Positions 21,212-31,800 of a stretch of DNA of 64,000 nt are shown one piece after another (position 1 is the stretch's first letter; the number at the start of each line of letters is the position of its first letter). A program made the position numbers and the translations under genes. The notes under the pieces are model-generated. The model made no database searches and had not been told where the DNA came from. It worked only from the letters and a program-made list of their open reading frames with translations. This DNA comes from Opitutales bacterium (GTDB taxonomy: Bacteria > Verrucomicrobiota > Verrucomicrobiia > Opitutales > PNEW01). The stretch is from positions 288,001 through 352,000 of the forward strand of contig CBDANS010000006.1 in NCBI GenBank assembly GCA_965197745.1, given 5' to 3'.

Positions 21212-21283
21212 TAAATAAACAACAATGCAAGTAAAAATCAATAGGCTCAATCCGAAATCGAAAATCGGCATTCCGCAATGGCC

Positions 21284-22630
21284 TCAGTCCCAGTCCACAC
21301 GTGCGCGAAGATCGGCTGAACCGAAGAAAGGTGCCTGCAGACCGGGCTTACTTACACGAATAGCGGTGATACCTCCTACCCGATGGAGTTGATGTGAGGG
21401 AGCGCCATCACCGCGATCACCCAATCCAATCGCGACATCAACGAGGTATTCACCCTCACCGAGACGACCGTCCAACCAGATAGCACAGCGGTAGAGCCGA
21501 TGGGGCTCTAAATTTTTTACCACTTTCTCTATCTGTCGTGAACTTATCCCGTAGACCACCCGTTGATGGCGGTCGACAATCTGTAAACCGAGGTAAATAC
21601 CGGTAACTGTTTCCCGTGCTTGTAAATATAAGTATAAGGAGATGGCTTCACCGACAACAAAGTCCGTTCGCGTTTTAGCTTCGGCATCCTGCACCTCACA
21701 GAAAATAAATTCTGCTTCCCGCGTCCCTATTTCGTCACGGTCACTCCAATTGCGGGGTTCTGCACCCTCAGGCAAACAAATCCCATTATCTGAAGTCACC
21801 GGTTTGAGTGGTTTATAAAGATTTGCCGATGGGCGCGGGCCCTGGTTTATTTCATGGTATAAACTGACTGCACGCGAACTTTTACCAAGAAATTTAGCAC
21901 GGCCTTCGTGCAAGACAAGGGTGCGACTACACAGTGCTTTTACCGTAACGAGGTCGTGGCTTACGAGAAGTAATGTCATTCCTTTTTCCAGTCTTTCGCG
22001 GAAAAACCGAATGCATTTTGCCTGGAAAAAGATATCCCCAACGGAAAGCGCTTCATCAACTATGAATACTTCAGGTTCCACGAGCGTTTGCGTAGCAAAT
22101 GCGAGTCGTACCATCATCCCGCTGGAATATGTCTTTACCTGCCGTTCGATAAATTCCCCGATTTCTGCAAACTCCGCAACTTCATCAAACCGGACTTCAA
22201 TTTCTTTCTGGCTCAGCCCAAAGAGGGTGCCTAACATAAAGACGTTTTCACGCCCAGTGAATTCGGGATCAAAGCCCGACCCCAGTTCGAGCAGCGCTGC
22301 GATCCTCCCTTTAACGCATTTGGACCCCGATGATGAAGTGAGCGTACCAGCCAATATCTGTAAGAGCGTGCTTTTACCTGAACCATTTCTTCCAATAATG
22401 CCTAAGCTTTCCCCACGCTTAACATGTAACGAAATATCCTGCAGGGCATAAAAAGGTTTCCCTAACTGTTCCGCACGGCTGCTCAGGGTGTAAGAAAGTT
22501 TTTTCGGCAATAATGGCAAAGCAGCCAGTCGTCGCAGCAAAGGCGCTTTAATGCGAGCAGACGGGCTGTCCCAAAGGGTATATTGCTTACACACTCCCTC
22601 CATCTCTATCACTGAACCATTTTTATCCAT
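21284..22630 (-). CDS. wzt: Polysaccharide ABC exporter ATPase with a C-terminal Wzt_C domain
   Basis: GRNGSGKST, YSSGMMVRLAFA, DEALSVGD and VSHD motifs; ~170-aa beta-rich C-terminal extension. Confidence 0.93.
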   Translation of the reverse strand: MDKNGSVIEMEGVCKQYTLWDSPSARIKAPLLRRLAALPLLPKKLSYTLSSRAEQLGKPFYALQDISLHVKRGESLGIIGRNGSGKSTLLQILAGTLTSSSGSKCVKGRIAALLELGSGFDPEFTGRENVFMLGTLFGLSQKEIEVRFDEVAEFAEIGEFIERQVKTYSSGMMVRLAFATQTLVEPEVFIVDEALSVGDIFFQAKCIRFFRERLEKGMTLLLVSHDLVTVKALCSRTLVLHEGRAKFLGKSSRAVSLYHEINQGPRPSANLYKPLKPVTSDNGICLPEGAEPRNWSDRDEIGTREAEFIFCEVQDAEAKTRTDFVVGEAISLYLYLQARETVTGIYLGLQIVDRHQRVVYGISSRQIEKVVKNLEPHRLYRCAIWLDGRLGEGEYLVDVAIGLGDRGDGAPSHQLHRVGGITAIRVSKPGLQAPFFGSADLRARVDWD

Positions 22631-22801
22631 AAATGTTCACAAGTTTTACAAAATTATAAGTATTTGTCGATGGTTACCATTGCCGATTGAGGGACGGCAG
22701 ACAGGTGAGCTTCACTCACGGTCCATATTATGCTCGAATTTTTTGATTAAAAAGAACGCTCTACTTACACTATCGTATACACTCAAAACCAGGCATCCAC
22801 T

Positions 22802-23989
22802 TCATTCAAGTAAACTGGTGGCTAAGCGTTTTTCCCGTGGATTTAACTTAGTCCGTGGTTTCCGATCATTTCGACGGTGCAGCCAGAGACGATAGGTGTG
22901 AAGCCATGGTTTATACGCACGGTAACACGCCTCAAATGTTGCCCGATGGGCATGCACCAGGTTCTGAACTGAAAATCGATTGCGTTGGTCATGACCTTTT
23001 TGAATCAACCTCTGGCGCAAAGAAGTCTCATCCCAAAGCCTTTCAATAGCTGCAGCAATCGACGCTGGATTCATGGGGTCAAAATAAATAGCGGCATCGG
23101 AGGCAACTTCCGGCAAACTGGTGCGATCGGCACAGGCAATAGGCAACCCGCTATCCATAGCTTCAACCAGCGGTATTCCGAATCCATCAAATAAGGAAGG
23201 ACATACCAACATACGAGCACGGTGATAGAGCCATGATAATTCAGGGCGACTTATGCGCCCGAGATGAATTAATTTATCAGCATAATTAATCGCTTTTAAC
23301 ATGCGAAACCAATCTTCACGCCCATTTATTAAACTTCCCGTAAATATACAGGGAATATGCTTTCCTCTATCCGCCAGTTGTTTGAGCGCGGATATAAGCA
23401 TTTTATGATTTTTATGCGGCCAATTATTTGCGGGATAAAAGATAAAGGGTTCATTTTCTCCAAGTGGCCAATCCCCGGGTTGCACGGCCTCAGGCAGCTC
23501 GTCTGAACAGAGGTAAATTCGGTCAATCTTGCGCGAGGGGACACCCAACATCCGGACAAAAGTATTCTTTGAAAAATCCGAAATAGTAATTGTGCGATCT
23601 GCGAGTCTCAAAGAAATATCATAATGGTAGAGACGACTTTCAAAGTCTTCGCGGCTGAAAAATTCCGGGAAAAACCGCTCTTGTATGTCCACGAGCGTGA
23701 TTACGCAGGGTTTAGGTAATGGTCGTGGATAGAGGGAACCAATGGGACAGAAATAAATATCGAATTTGTCGAGATGATTGGCAATTTCTTCCTGGGCTTG
23801 AAGCCTGATTTCATGACTGCGACAAGAAGCTGGGAGTGTCCCCAGTAATGTTTCGTTCTGTGGAAAGCTGAATAGTATCAGGGAGTTATCAGGATAATAC
23901 TGATGCCAGTGTCGCAGGAGCGTAAGGACGTAATTGCAAACACCTCCCCCTTCTTCCACTAAAAGCCAAAGATTTATACCGATTTTCAT
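22802..23989 (-). CDS. Glycosyltransferase family 4 (MtfB-like)
   Basis: YPANNWPHKNH and PSLFDGFGIPLVEAM motifs. Confidence 0.9.
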   Translation of the reverse strand: MKIGINLWLLVEEGGGVCNYVLTLLRHWHQYYPDNSLILFSFPQNETLLGTLPASCRSHEIRLQAQEEIANHLDKFDIYFCPIGSLYPRPLPKPCVITLVDIQERFFPEFFSREDFESRLYHYDISLRLADRTITISDFSKNTFVRMLGVPSRKIDRIYLCSDELPEAVQPGDWPLGENEPFIFYPANNWPHKNHKMLISALKQLADRGKHIPCIFTGSLINGREDWFRMLKAINYADKLIHLGRISRPELSWLYHRARMLVCPSLFDGFGIPLVEAMDSGLPIACADRTSLPEVASDAAIYFDPMNPASIAAAIERLWDETSLRQRLIQKGHDQRNRFSVQNLVHAHRATFEACYRAYKPWLHTYRLWLHRRNDRKPRTKLNPREKRLATSLLE

Positions 23990-24030
23990 AAACGCTATTT
24001 ATTGATCCGGAGATAAAATATTAAAATCAA

Positions 24031-24642
24031 TCAGTTTGATTTTAATTGGGCGCAAACGAAAAAGCTGTGCATGGCGTCGGGACCGTCATCCCAGGTAATG
24101 AGTTTGCAGCCTAATTTGTCCAGTGCGTCCTTAATAATTTCAGGAGTGGGTATCCATTTATGTCCATCGAGGACAAAAGGCGAACCAGGATGCCATATAG
24201 CGCAATCTGGATGGGGTAAATAGAGAAATATATATCCGCCGAGAATAAGCCGAGCCACCCAGGTTGTCAGCGTTTCCCGCCACGCTTCGATATGTTCCAA
24301 ACAATGAGAACTGAAAACGAAATCAAGCGAATGCTCGGGATAATTGTCGAGCAGGTTATCGGATCCGGGACCGCGCCAGATGTCTACCGGTTCAGCATGG
24401 GGCAAGGGCCAGTACCCGGCACCGATATCAATGCCATGACCCGAACAGTATTTTAGCGCTTCCCGGTGTATAGCAAATGATGCTCCACCCACAGTCAAAT
24501 AATCAGGGTAAAAATTATTTTTGTATATCCACCCACCGTTGGCACGCGATACATCAGGATGCGAATGCCATTGCCGGTAAGCTTGAAAAAGATCGGGAGC
24601 ATTGGGCATTTGCTCCAAGGGTATATTTTTGTGCTCTGTCAA
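24031..24642 (-). CDS. Class I SAM-dependent methyltransferase
   Basis: GIDIGAG and DFVFSSHCLEH motifs. Confidence 0.82.
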   Translation of the reverse strand: MTEHKNIPLEQMPNAPDLFQAYRQWHSHPDVSRANGGWIYKNNFYPDYLTVGGASFAIHREALKYCSGHGIDIGAGYWPLPHAEPVDIWRGPGSDNLLDNYPEHSLDFVFSSHCLEHIEAWRETLTTWVARLILGGYIFLYLPHPDCAIWHPGSPFVLDGHKWIPTPEIIKDALDKLGCKLITWDDGPDAMHSFFVCAQLKSN

Positions 24643-24797
24643 AATTCCGACTTATGATTCGAATTTTATAAGAATCCAGCCTGTGTATGTGACTTTAGGG
24701 CAAAACATAAGATTAGCGCAAGCTGGTTTAATATCAGTAAGACCATCACTATCACTTGAAAACCGGCCCATCGATAGTTGCGTAATGTCACATCTCA

Positions 24798-26105
24798 TCA
24801 AAGCCATGAATGTATTTCTTTTGCCGCGCGATTAAGCAAATACCTCTGGCTTTCAGCATCACTAAAATCACTGGCAATTCTACCCGCGGTACGCTTCCCT
24901 AGTTCCATGGCGAAGGCCTTCCCCTTATAGGAAAAGACATGGGGCAGGAAATCCATTAAATTATGGACGAATTTTTCCGCACTGTGATTTTCTTCCAGGT
25001 ATTTTCGTCCCGCAATACCCATTGTGCGATAACGTTCAGGATTATTTATACAGTTATCAAGATGATCGTGTATATCTTTCTTTTCCATATCGGGACGAAC
25101 AAAGGCGACACATGACTCCGGCAATTGTTTAAACCAACCAGCTTTTGTAACAAGACAGGGCAGTGCATGGTTCCAGGTACGGAGAAGCGACCCCGATGCC
25201 TCCCCCCGAGTTGGATAGCGAAGATTAATCGCGAGGTCGGCTGCGTCTAAAGCTGCGTTTAATTCTTTATCAGAGACAAAACCATGGAAAGTAACCCCCT
25301 TTTTTAAATTCAGTGACTCGATAAGTGAATTGACTTCATCGAGAAATTGAATCTCGCCGTAAATATGAAGATGAAGCTTATCTTTCCGTGGAAATACCGC
25401 TAAGGACTTGAGAAGAGGAATCAATCTACGGTTCTTCCCACCGAAGTAACCAAAGCAAATTAATGAAAGTTTCGATTTCTTATCAGTTGACTTGATTTTA
25501 AAATTCAAAGGCCTGAGATTATTTTCATTAGCGTATGGCAACGGCGTATAGAGAACAGGCGCCGGATTTCTCTCTGATATGTAATCTAAATTATCAGGAT
25601 TATGAATAACGACACCGAGTGAATTGTTTAAGGCAAGCTCATAAAATGGAAAGAGGGTAATCATATCGTCTTTAGATGTCTCCCCGTTGATATATTTTAT
25701 CCCCCCTTCTAATCCTTTCGAACCATAATAAGAGCGAAGCTTCTCAAGGTATTTATAATCACTTTGTGGACGAAAAATACCTTCAAACAATTCATGTAGA
25801 TTTAAATCATGAAGTAAAATAATTCCGGAATGCTGCTGGCTGAAAAAGAAAATATCTTTGTGATAAATGCCATCGTTCCCTATATTATACAGTGTCGCGT
25901 CCGCTCTATTCAATGTTGCCCAGGACAGGTTACCCTCTTTAAATGAATAAACAGGTGCATAGCGTTCGAGTGATTTGTCCCACTCCTGTTGATAAGTCCA
26001 AAGCGTCAGGTCACAAATTCGTGAAAGGACAGGAATTATTCTCGCCGTGTAATGGGCAATATCGGTGCGTGCTGGAGGAAGAGGAGAAAACCAATTGATC
26101 TTCAT
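24798..26105 (-). CDS. Glycosyltransferase family 4
   Basis: FSPLPPARTDIAHY and NLRYPTRGEASG motifs. Confidence 0.85.
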   Translation of the reverse strand: MKINWFSPLPPARTDIAHYTARIIPVLSRICDLTLWTYQQEWDKSLERYAPVYSFKEGNLSWATLNRADATLYNIGNDGIYHKDIFFFSQQHSGIILLHDLNLHELFEGIFRPQSDYKYLEKLRSYYGSKGLEGGIKYINGETSKDDMITLFPFYELALNNSLGVVIHNPDNLDYISERNPAPVLYTPLPYANENNLRPLNFKIKSTDKKSKLSLICFGYFGGKNRRLIPLLKSLAVFPRKDKLHLHIYGEIQFLDEVNSLIESLNLKKGVTFHGFVSDKELNAALDAADLAINLRYPTRGEASGSLLRTWNHALPCLVTKAGWFKQLPESCVAFVRPDMEKKDIHDHLDNCINNPERYRTMGIAGRKYLEENHSAEKFVHNLMDFLPHVFSYKGKAFAMELGKRTAGRIASDFSDAESQRYLLNRAAKEIHSWL

Positions 26106-27148
26106 TGCAATAATGTCTGAACTACGTGTTTCCAGGATAAATTCAGCGAGTGGTATTTCTCTTTACCGAGTCGCCCAGCTTTTACCGCAAACCCGGGATC
26201 GCCCCATAGTTGGTCCAAATGTTCTCCTAACGAATCAGGAGTAGGTTGAGCGACTAATCCGTTAACTTCATGATCAACAAATTCGAGTGGCCCTCCCGAA
26301 TCACTGCAGGTAACTACCGCCTTCGAGGAAAGCATCGCTTCAAGGGTAACATAACCATAATCTTCATCCAATGGTGTAAATAATACGGCCCTCGCCCGAG
26401 CGTAGAATCTCTGTTTTTCTTCATCACTTACCCAATCGAACCAGGATATTCGATCAGCGACTTTGAGCTTTTCCGCCAAACTTTTCAAATCTCTCAAATA
26501 TTCAGGATTGATCGGGCGACCCGAAAAATAAATTTTCACTGGCTTCTTCGTGCAGGTAAGGGCGCGAATGACTAAATCGTGACGTTTGAGGACTTCTAAT
26601 CGGCTGGGATAATAAATATAATCCTCACTATCATCACAATAGAAACTCTCTGCCGAGGGCGGTGGCGGGTAAAGGGGTGGCGCAGATATACGACAGTACT
26701 TTTCCAGACGGCCGGAAACATTGGCGGAAAGTGTATGTATGCGTTTAGCTTCTAAGAGCAATTGCATTTCGAGATGTTCAATACTATGCCGTATTTTATC
26801 TCCATCGGGATAAGGGGCTAAATCATTGTTGGTATTTTCCCACAATTCAAAAGCGGAGCGGTGCTGATGTAGAATCCAGAGAACCTTATTAGGATGTTTA
26901 ATGTGATAGGCAGGAAATTTCAGACCGACGACCAAGTCAACGGGAACACCATTGCTTTCCGTAATATCGAGCATGCGGCAAGCTAAAAGATGATCGAGAA
27001 TTTCCTCCGGTGGGTACCAACGAAAAGGGATGGCGACAATTTCCGCTTGATGCCCCTCTTCCACGAAAGCATTTTTCAATGATTCAGCGAGTAATTCGGC
27101 GCCACCATAACAAAATGGCACTTGGGTTGTGGTGATAAGAATCCTCAT
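26102..27148 (-). CDS. Glycosyltransferase family 4
   Basis: GGAELL, SRLEVLKR and DEDYGYVTLEAM motifs. Confidence 0.9.
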   Translation of the reverse strand: MRILITTTQVPFCYGGAELLAESLKNAFVEEGHQAEIVAIPFRWYPPEEILDHLLACRMLDITESNGVPVDLVVGLKFPAYHIKHPNKVLWILHQHRSAFELWENTNNDLAPYPDGDKIRHSIEHLEMQLLLEAKRIHTLSANVSGRLEKYCRISAPPLYPPPPSAESFYCDDSEDYIYYPSRLEVLKRHDLVIRALTCTKKPVKIYFSGRPINPEYLRDLKSLAEKLKVADRISWFDWVSDEEKQRFYARARAVLFTPLDEDYGYVTLEAMLSSKAVVTCSDSGGPLEFVDHEVNGLVAQPTPDSLGEHLDQLWGDPGFAVKAGRLGKEKYHSLNLSWKHVVQTLLQ

Positions 27149-27187
27149 ATTAAGATACGATGGGACAGCTTCCCAAACGATCGATGC

Positions 27188-27715
27188 TTAAGCCTGGTCA
27201 GCAGGTGACGTCTCAGAAGGGGGACGCGAATTTTCTATTTTATTTATTTCTTCTTCCAATAATTTTAATTTTTTGCGCATACTGTTTATTTCAGCTTTTA
27301 ATTCTTCAGTTGCGCGCAATTCAGTATTGGATTGCATATTCGTTTCGTCATGATGGCGATAATTATTTAAATGGATAATTTCAATCTTTTGCAGGCGCTT
27401 ATCGATGCTTTTAAGCAGCTCTGAGAATCTGGACTGAACTTGAATTATCATACGATTCACTTTTCCCTGTTTTCGACGAAAACGTCGATAGAGGCTGGGC
27501 CCTTTAACCTTTGGGTGATTACTCTCTACGGCCTGGGATATAAACCCATCTATTTCTTCCCATTGTTGGTGCTTTATCATCGCTAACTCTAGATCTTCGC
27601 TAATGGGTAACAATTGGTCAAGCGGTTGGGACCTGGTTTTCCTGTCCAATTCCTTTTGCATCACAGAGTGAATGTCTGACAATTCAATTTTGCTCTGTTT
27701 TACCTCTTTATTCAT
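27188..27715 (-). CDS. Coiled-coil hypothetical protein of the polysaccharide locus
   Basis: Probable start ATG 27715 overlaps the upstream stop (ATGA); heptad-rich C-terminus. Confidence 0.65.
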   Translation of the reverse strand: MNKEVKQSKIELSDIHSVMQKELDRKTRSQPLDQLLPISEDLELAMIKHQQWEEIDGFISQAVESNHPKVKGPSLYRRFRRKQGKVNRMIIQVQSRFSELLKSIDKRLQKIEIIHLNNYRHHDETNMQSNTELRATEELKAEINSMRKKLKLLEEEINKIENSRPPSETSPADQA

Positions 27716-28890
27716 GTGCGTTTTTTCGGATTTATTAATTTCAATTTTCTTCCCGTTTTCACCCAAAAATTGCTCCTCAAGGAAGATAAGTCATGGGCCA
27801 TATTCTCTATGCGCTGCCCTAACTGTTCAATTTCTTTACGATGCTCTTCATTGATAGCTTCGATTTGCGATTGAAATTCCTTGTTCGACGCGTGAGCAGA
27901 CCTGAGCGATTCATGGGCGGCTTCGACTTCTTTCTGCGCGCGTTCGGCGTTTTCTTTCCATACATTCCGGTCTTTATCCAGCATCTCAATGAATCTTCCG
28001 AATTCTTCCGGGTTTCTATCCCAAAATTCCGGTGGCGGGCTGGACTGGACGTCCGTTATTTCCAAACCGCTCAGTTTGAAATCTAAATTTTGTTCAACCC
28101 CGGTATAGATTATCTGAGCAATAGTATCATTATTCGTGGGAAACAGGCTCATCCAATCTTTGGTTTTATGCCGCGCCAATCCCACTCTCCATTTATCAGA
28201 CCAGTTACCGGTATGCCGACGCGAAACAAAAAGCGATTCCGCATCACTGCGTGTTTTCATCCGCAATGTTTTTGCATCTCCGTAAAGCCGAGAACAGGCT
28301 AATTTCTTTTTTAAATAATGAAGGGGTTGGTTTTTTCCCATGCGCAGCCAGTATTCGTAATCGATAGCACAGTCCAATGATTCATCGAGGAGACCATACT
28401 TTTTAATTACCGTTGAACGGAAAAAAGTTGCCGGCTGGCAAATATAACAAAAATCCGCAAGTTTCGAAAAATCCCATTCTTCAGTCGGATAGGGGTAGAG
28501 CAGATGTCCGTCCTCGTCTACAATATCAGCATCACCGTAAAGGATCTCAACCTCCGGCTCCTGATCAAAAAAATCTAAAACCGCTTTAATCGCTCCAGGC
28601 ATGTAGTAGTCGTCTGAATTTATCCAGGCGATTACCTTTCCCCTTGCCTCCTGCAATCCCTTATTAACCGCACTCGCCTGGCCGCGGTCCGGTTCGCTTA
28701 TCCAAGTCGGTTGCAGCGCGTGCTTTTTAAGCAACTCGACGGTATTATCGTTACTCCCACCATCGTAAACAAGCACTTCATATTGCTCCCTCGCCAACCC
28801 CTGTTCGCCAATACTGTCGAGGCATTTTTCCAAATAAACGCCCTGCTGATACGAAGGTATGATGAATGAGATTAAAAAGTCAGTAGCCAT
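27712..28890 (-). CDS. Glycosyltransferase family 2 with a C-terminal coiled coil
   Basis: IIPSYQQ, DGGSND, WINSDD and CQPATF motifs; E/K/Q-rich helical tail ending SNFWVKTGRKL. Confidence 0.88.
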   Translation of the reverse strand: MATDFLISFIIPSYQQGVYLEKCLDSIGEQGLAREQYEVLVYDGGSNDNTVELLKKHALQPTWISEPDRGQASAVNKGLQEARGKVIAWINSDDYYMPGAIKAVLDFFDQEPEVEILYGDADIVDEDGHLLYPYPTEEWDFSKLADFCYICQPATFFRSTVIKKYGLLDESLDCAIDYEYWLRMGKNQPLHYLKKKLACSRLYGDAKTLRMKTRSDAESLFVSRRHTGNWSDKWRVGLARHKTKDWMSLFPTNNDTIAQIIYTGVEQNLDFKLSGLEITDVQSSPPPEFWDRNPEEFGRFIEMLDKDRNVWKENAERAQKEVEAAHESLRSAHASNKEFQSQIEAINEEHRKEIEQLGQRIENMAHDLSSLRSNFWVKTGRKLKLINPKKRT

Positions 28891-28957
28891 GACTTTCTTT
28901 GTGAAAGTGACGTAGTTTTTTAGCTGTGCACGGGGTAAAGGTTATTGTCACTTCCTT

Positions 28958-30874
28958 TTACTCAATTGTTATCTCTTCCACTGGTTTGGTGATTTCAACA
29001 CCGTCCTCGTTTACAAAGATTGCCGTTATGCTTTGAGAAGGCTGAGGCGTGTTGTCCGATTTGAAGTTATTCTGTGATATCAAGGATTCAAATCCGGGTG
29101 TTGTTGATCCACTCGGTGCAATAACGATAGAAGCGCCGTTTGTTTGCACCAGGTCTACCCCCGTGATACGCAATCCGGGGTTGCCGGCGGGGACGGTGAA
29201 GGAGCCCGCGGCAAACAGTAAATGCGGTTCCGCACTTCCACTGGCGTCAATGTCACCTATGGTTAAGCGTACCGCGATGGGGACCCCTCGCGCATCCACA
29301 CCTACTTTTCCTGAGCTTCCCGAAAATACCGTATTCGATAGTTGCATTCCTCCTATTCCCGAGGAGTTAATCACCTCCACGAGGGTCACGTCAGCTTCTG
29401 CATCATAGGTCTGTCCCGCGGGGAAGAGGGCCTGGTTTACGGCGTTGATCGATCCCACCGTAAATATACTGAAGAAGGTCGAGGCGTCTGTTCCATCGAT
29501 GACTACGCTGGGTTTACCACTTACGTACTCAACCTGTTGGTTGTAACGCGGTGGCAGGGACGGAGGTGAATAAGTAGCCGGGTCTAATGTTACATTAAAG
29601 GTGCCGCTGCCCGAGAACTCTACCTGGACAATGTCCTCGTCTTCATCCATGAAGGAGACGCGTGTTATCTGACCCGGTTTGGCCTGAAGTTGTATGCTCT
29701 GCCCGGTAAGCAGGACCTGATCAAAGATATTCCCATTGGGGTGCTGGATGTTCTCCCCGGCGACATCTCCCGAACCGTTAATAATAAGCGCGTTGGTTTC
29801 ACCTCCGTTTCCTCCATTACTGCCTGCACTCTGTGGGGTATAATCCAGTTTTTTATTTTCAGCATTGGAAATTACTACTTGAGAAGATTGATCTGTTATA
29901 GAGGGGCCGGAAAAAGTAACGGTATAAGTACCATTCCCCGTCACCGGGACGGAATAACCTCCGGAAGCGGCAGTCACCGCAAAAAATTCAGACCCGTCAA
30001 CTTCGACATTAATTCCACTCAACCCTTCGTCGAAATCATAAAAGTTATTTTCATTCTGATCGTCATAGGCCACACCCCTGATAAATGGAGTGGCCCCAAT
30101 AAGTTGAACCCCTAAATCATGAGTGACAACTAAAGGACCAACTGTATTTTGCCCTGAGCCATTAGTTCCTAAAACGACACCTATCCCGGCTTCCCGAAAT
30201 ACTGAGTTATGAATACTGTTCCTGTGTCCCGGGGGACTTTGCATGCCAAAAGGTCCATTACCCCAATCAATCTCAAAGGCCGCGTGCGATGAAAAAGCTG
30301 ACTGAGAAAAAGCGAAAACATTTTCGCCTAAATTCATAAAATTATAACCCTGATTTCTTGCGCGATCACCGCTGCTATCACCCGGCTCATTCGGTGGCAG
30401 TGGATCATCTGAACTAAAATGCCCTTGAAATATATTATTGAACATGTCCTGACTGTGAAGTCTCGCCGCTGTTGTCAGTTGTTCACTCATGGAAAGCGGG
30501 GGAAGGTTTTGCTCAAGGGTCATAAATTGATTTACCAATTCATTGACATCCACTCCAAAAAAATCGATGGCATTTAAAACATCAGAATCCGTAGTGTTAG
30601 CTAACCGCTGTGCTTCCGCATTGGCATCCGAACGCGCGCGATTAATCAATTCCAGAATAAGCTGTTCTTCATCCGTGGGTTGACCAATGGAATACTGCGT
30701 TTGCGCCGCGCTAATTTCCGACTTGGGTGTCGTGGCTGCAGGTTGATCATTAGTAATAACCGGGGGCGCGGGCGGGGGCGCTTTTGGTTGGGCATTACCT
30801 ATCGCGCTCGCGAAAATTATGAGGAAAGGAACTAAAATAAAAAAACGGGCCCTTATATTAAATAAGAATATCAT
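28958..30874 (-). CDS. Secreted CAP (SCP) domain protein with a shared ~276-aa C-terminal module
   Basis: Signal peptide; CAP motifs LINRAR, AARLHSQDM, GEN, PPGHRNSI and EAGIG; C-terminus paralogous to the 39877 protein. Confidence 0.85.
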   Translation of the reverse strand: MIFLFNIRARFFILVPFLIIFASAIGNAQPKAPPPAPPVITNDQPAATTPKSEISAAQTQYSIGQPTDEEQLILELINRARSDANAEAQRLANTTDSDVLNAIDFFGVDVNELVNQFMTLEQNLPPLSMSEQLTTAARLHSQDMFNNIFQGHFSSDDPLPPNEPGDSSGDRARNQGYNFMNLGENVFAFSQSAFSSHAAFEIDWGNGPFGMQSPPGHRNSIHNSVFREAGIGVVLGTNGSGQNTVGPLVVTHDLGVQLIGATPFIRGVAYDDQNENNFYDFDEGLSGINVEVDGSEFFAVTAASGGYSVPVTGNGTYTVTFSGPSITDQSSQVVISNAENKKLDYTPQSAGSNGGNGGETNALIINGSGDVAGENIQHPNGNIFDQVLLTGQSIQLQAKPGQITRVSFMDEDEDIVQVEFSGSGTFNVTLDPATYSPPSLPPRYNQQVEYVSGKPSVVIDGTDASTFFSIFTVGSINAVNQALFPAGQTYDAEADVTLVEVINSSGIGGMQLSNTVFSGSSGKVGVDARGVPIAVRLTIGDIDASGSAEPHLLFAAGSFTVPAGNPGLRITGVDLVQTNGASIVIAPSGSTTPGFESLISQNNFKSDNTPQPSQSITAIFVNEDGVEITKPVEEITIE

Positions 30875-31065
30875 ATTATAATTTCAGTTAAAATACCTAT
30901 ATCAGAGCGGAGGAATGTGGCAAGCCTACTTTAGTTCGGAGGATACGTTCAAAAGATGAGATAAAATTGAAAGCTTTATTTAACACCTTAGATCAAAATT
31001 ACGCGGAAATTCTAAGTTTGCTTCATTAATGACACTGTCTATTATCTGTAGTTTCGTTAATATAT

Positions 31066-31800
31066 ATGGAAGAAGAAAAATATTTCTTTGGGACGCGGTT
31101 AGCGCACAGATTGGATTACTATGCTTTCCTGCGCACGGGCAGCCATTTCCTGTGGAATTGTTTCACCGGTCTTTTTGATCTCGTTTTTTTTGAAAACGAA
31201 TTTGTCAATGACCCTGAAGCAAAGCAGCGCCAGGAAGAGCTTGATCCCATGGCCCTTTATGCCCTGAAACTCAGGTCGGATACGGCACCTTATCAACCCG
31301 TATGCATTAATGCCGTCCCTAACGGATTACACGGATTTCCCCAGGATGGCCCCAATCCGATTATTATTCTCATGCGTGACCCCTACGCCAGTATATACAG
31401 TTTATATCTTACTGCACGCGACCGTTGGGGATTAAAAGTTGATGATACCGTATCCTGGTTAAAGGAAAACTTTGCGCTCTACCGGAAGTTTTATGATGAA
31501 GCATTTAAACTTAATGAAGCGAATCAGGAAAAAGTACTGATCGTCCGCTATGAAGCGCTGAAAGCCGGCCCCCAGGAATTGCAAAAGATCGTAGACTTCG
31601 TGGGGGTGAGACCAAAACTGAAATCAGAATATGTTTTCTGGTGGACGCGATTTGATCGCATAACGAGGGAAGGTGAACGCACCTTTTACCGGGCGGGGGA
31701 TAACGAACTTTGGAAACAGGACAAGGCCTGGCGAGAAGCCCTGGAAAAAGCGGAAATCGACGAATTTTCTAAATTTGATTATTCCCTGAATGGCCCATGA
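31066..31800 (+). CDS. Sulfotransferase-domain protein
   Basis: 5'-PSB-like AFLRTGSHFL, 3'-PB-like LMRDPYASIYS, LIVRYEAL and FYRAG. Confidence 0.7.
   Translation: MEEEKYFFGTRLAHRLDYYAFLRTGSHFLWNCFTGLFDLVFFENEFVNDPEAKQRQEELDPMALYALKLRSDTAPYQPVCINAVPNGLHGFPQDGPNPIIILMRDPYASIYSLYLTARDRWGLKVDDTVSWLKENFALYRKFYDEAFKLNEANQEKVLIVRYEALKAGPQELQKIVDFVGVRPKLKSEYVFWWTRFDRITREGERTFYRAGDNELWKQDKAWREALEKAEIDEFSKFDYSLNGP

Noticed and set aside
20908..21271. ORFs containing FTVHCSL repeats
   Set aside because: Translation of the GTGAACA microsatellite, antisense to a real gene
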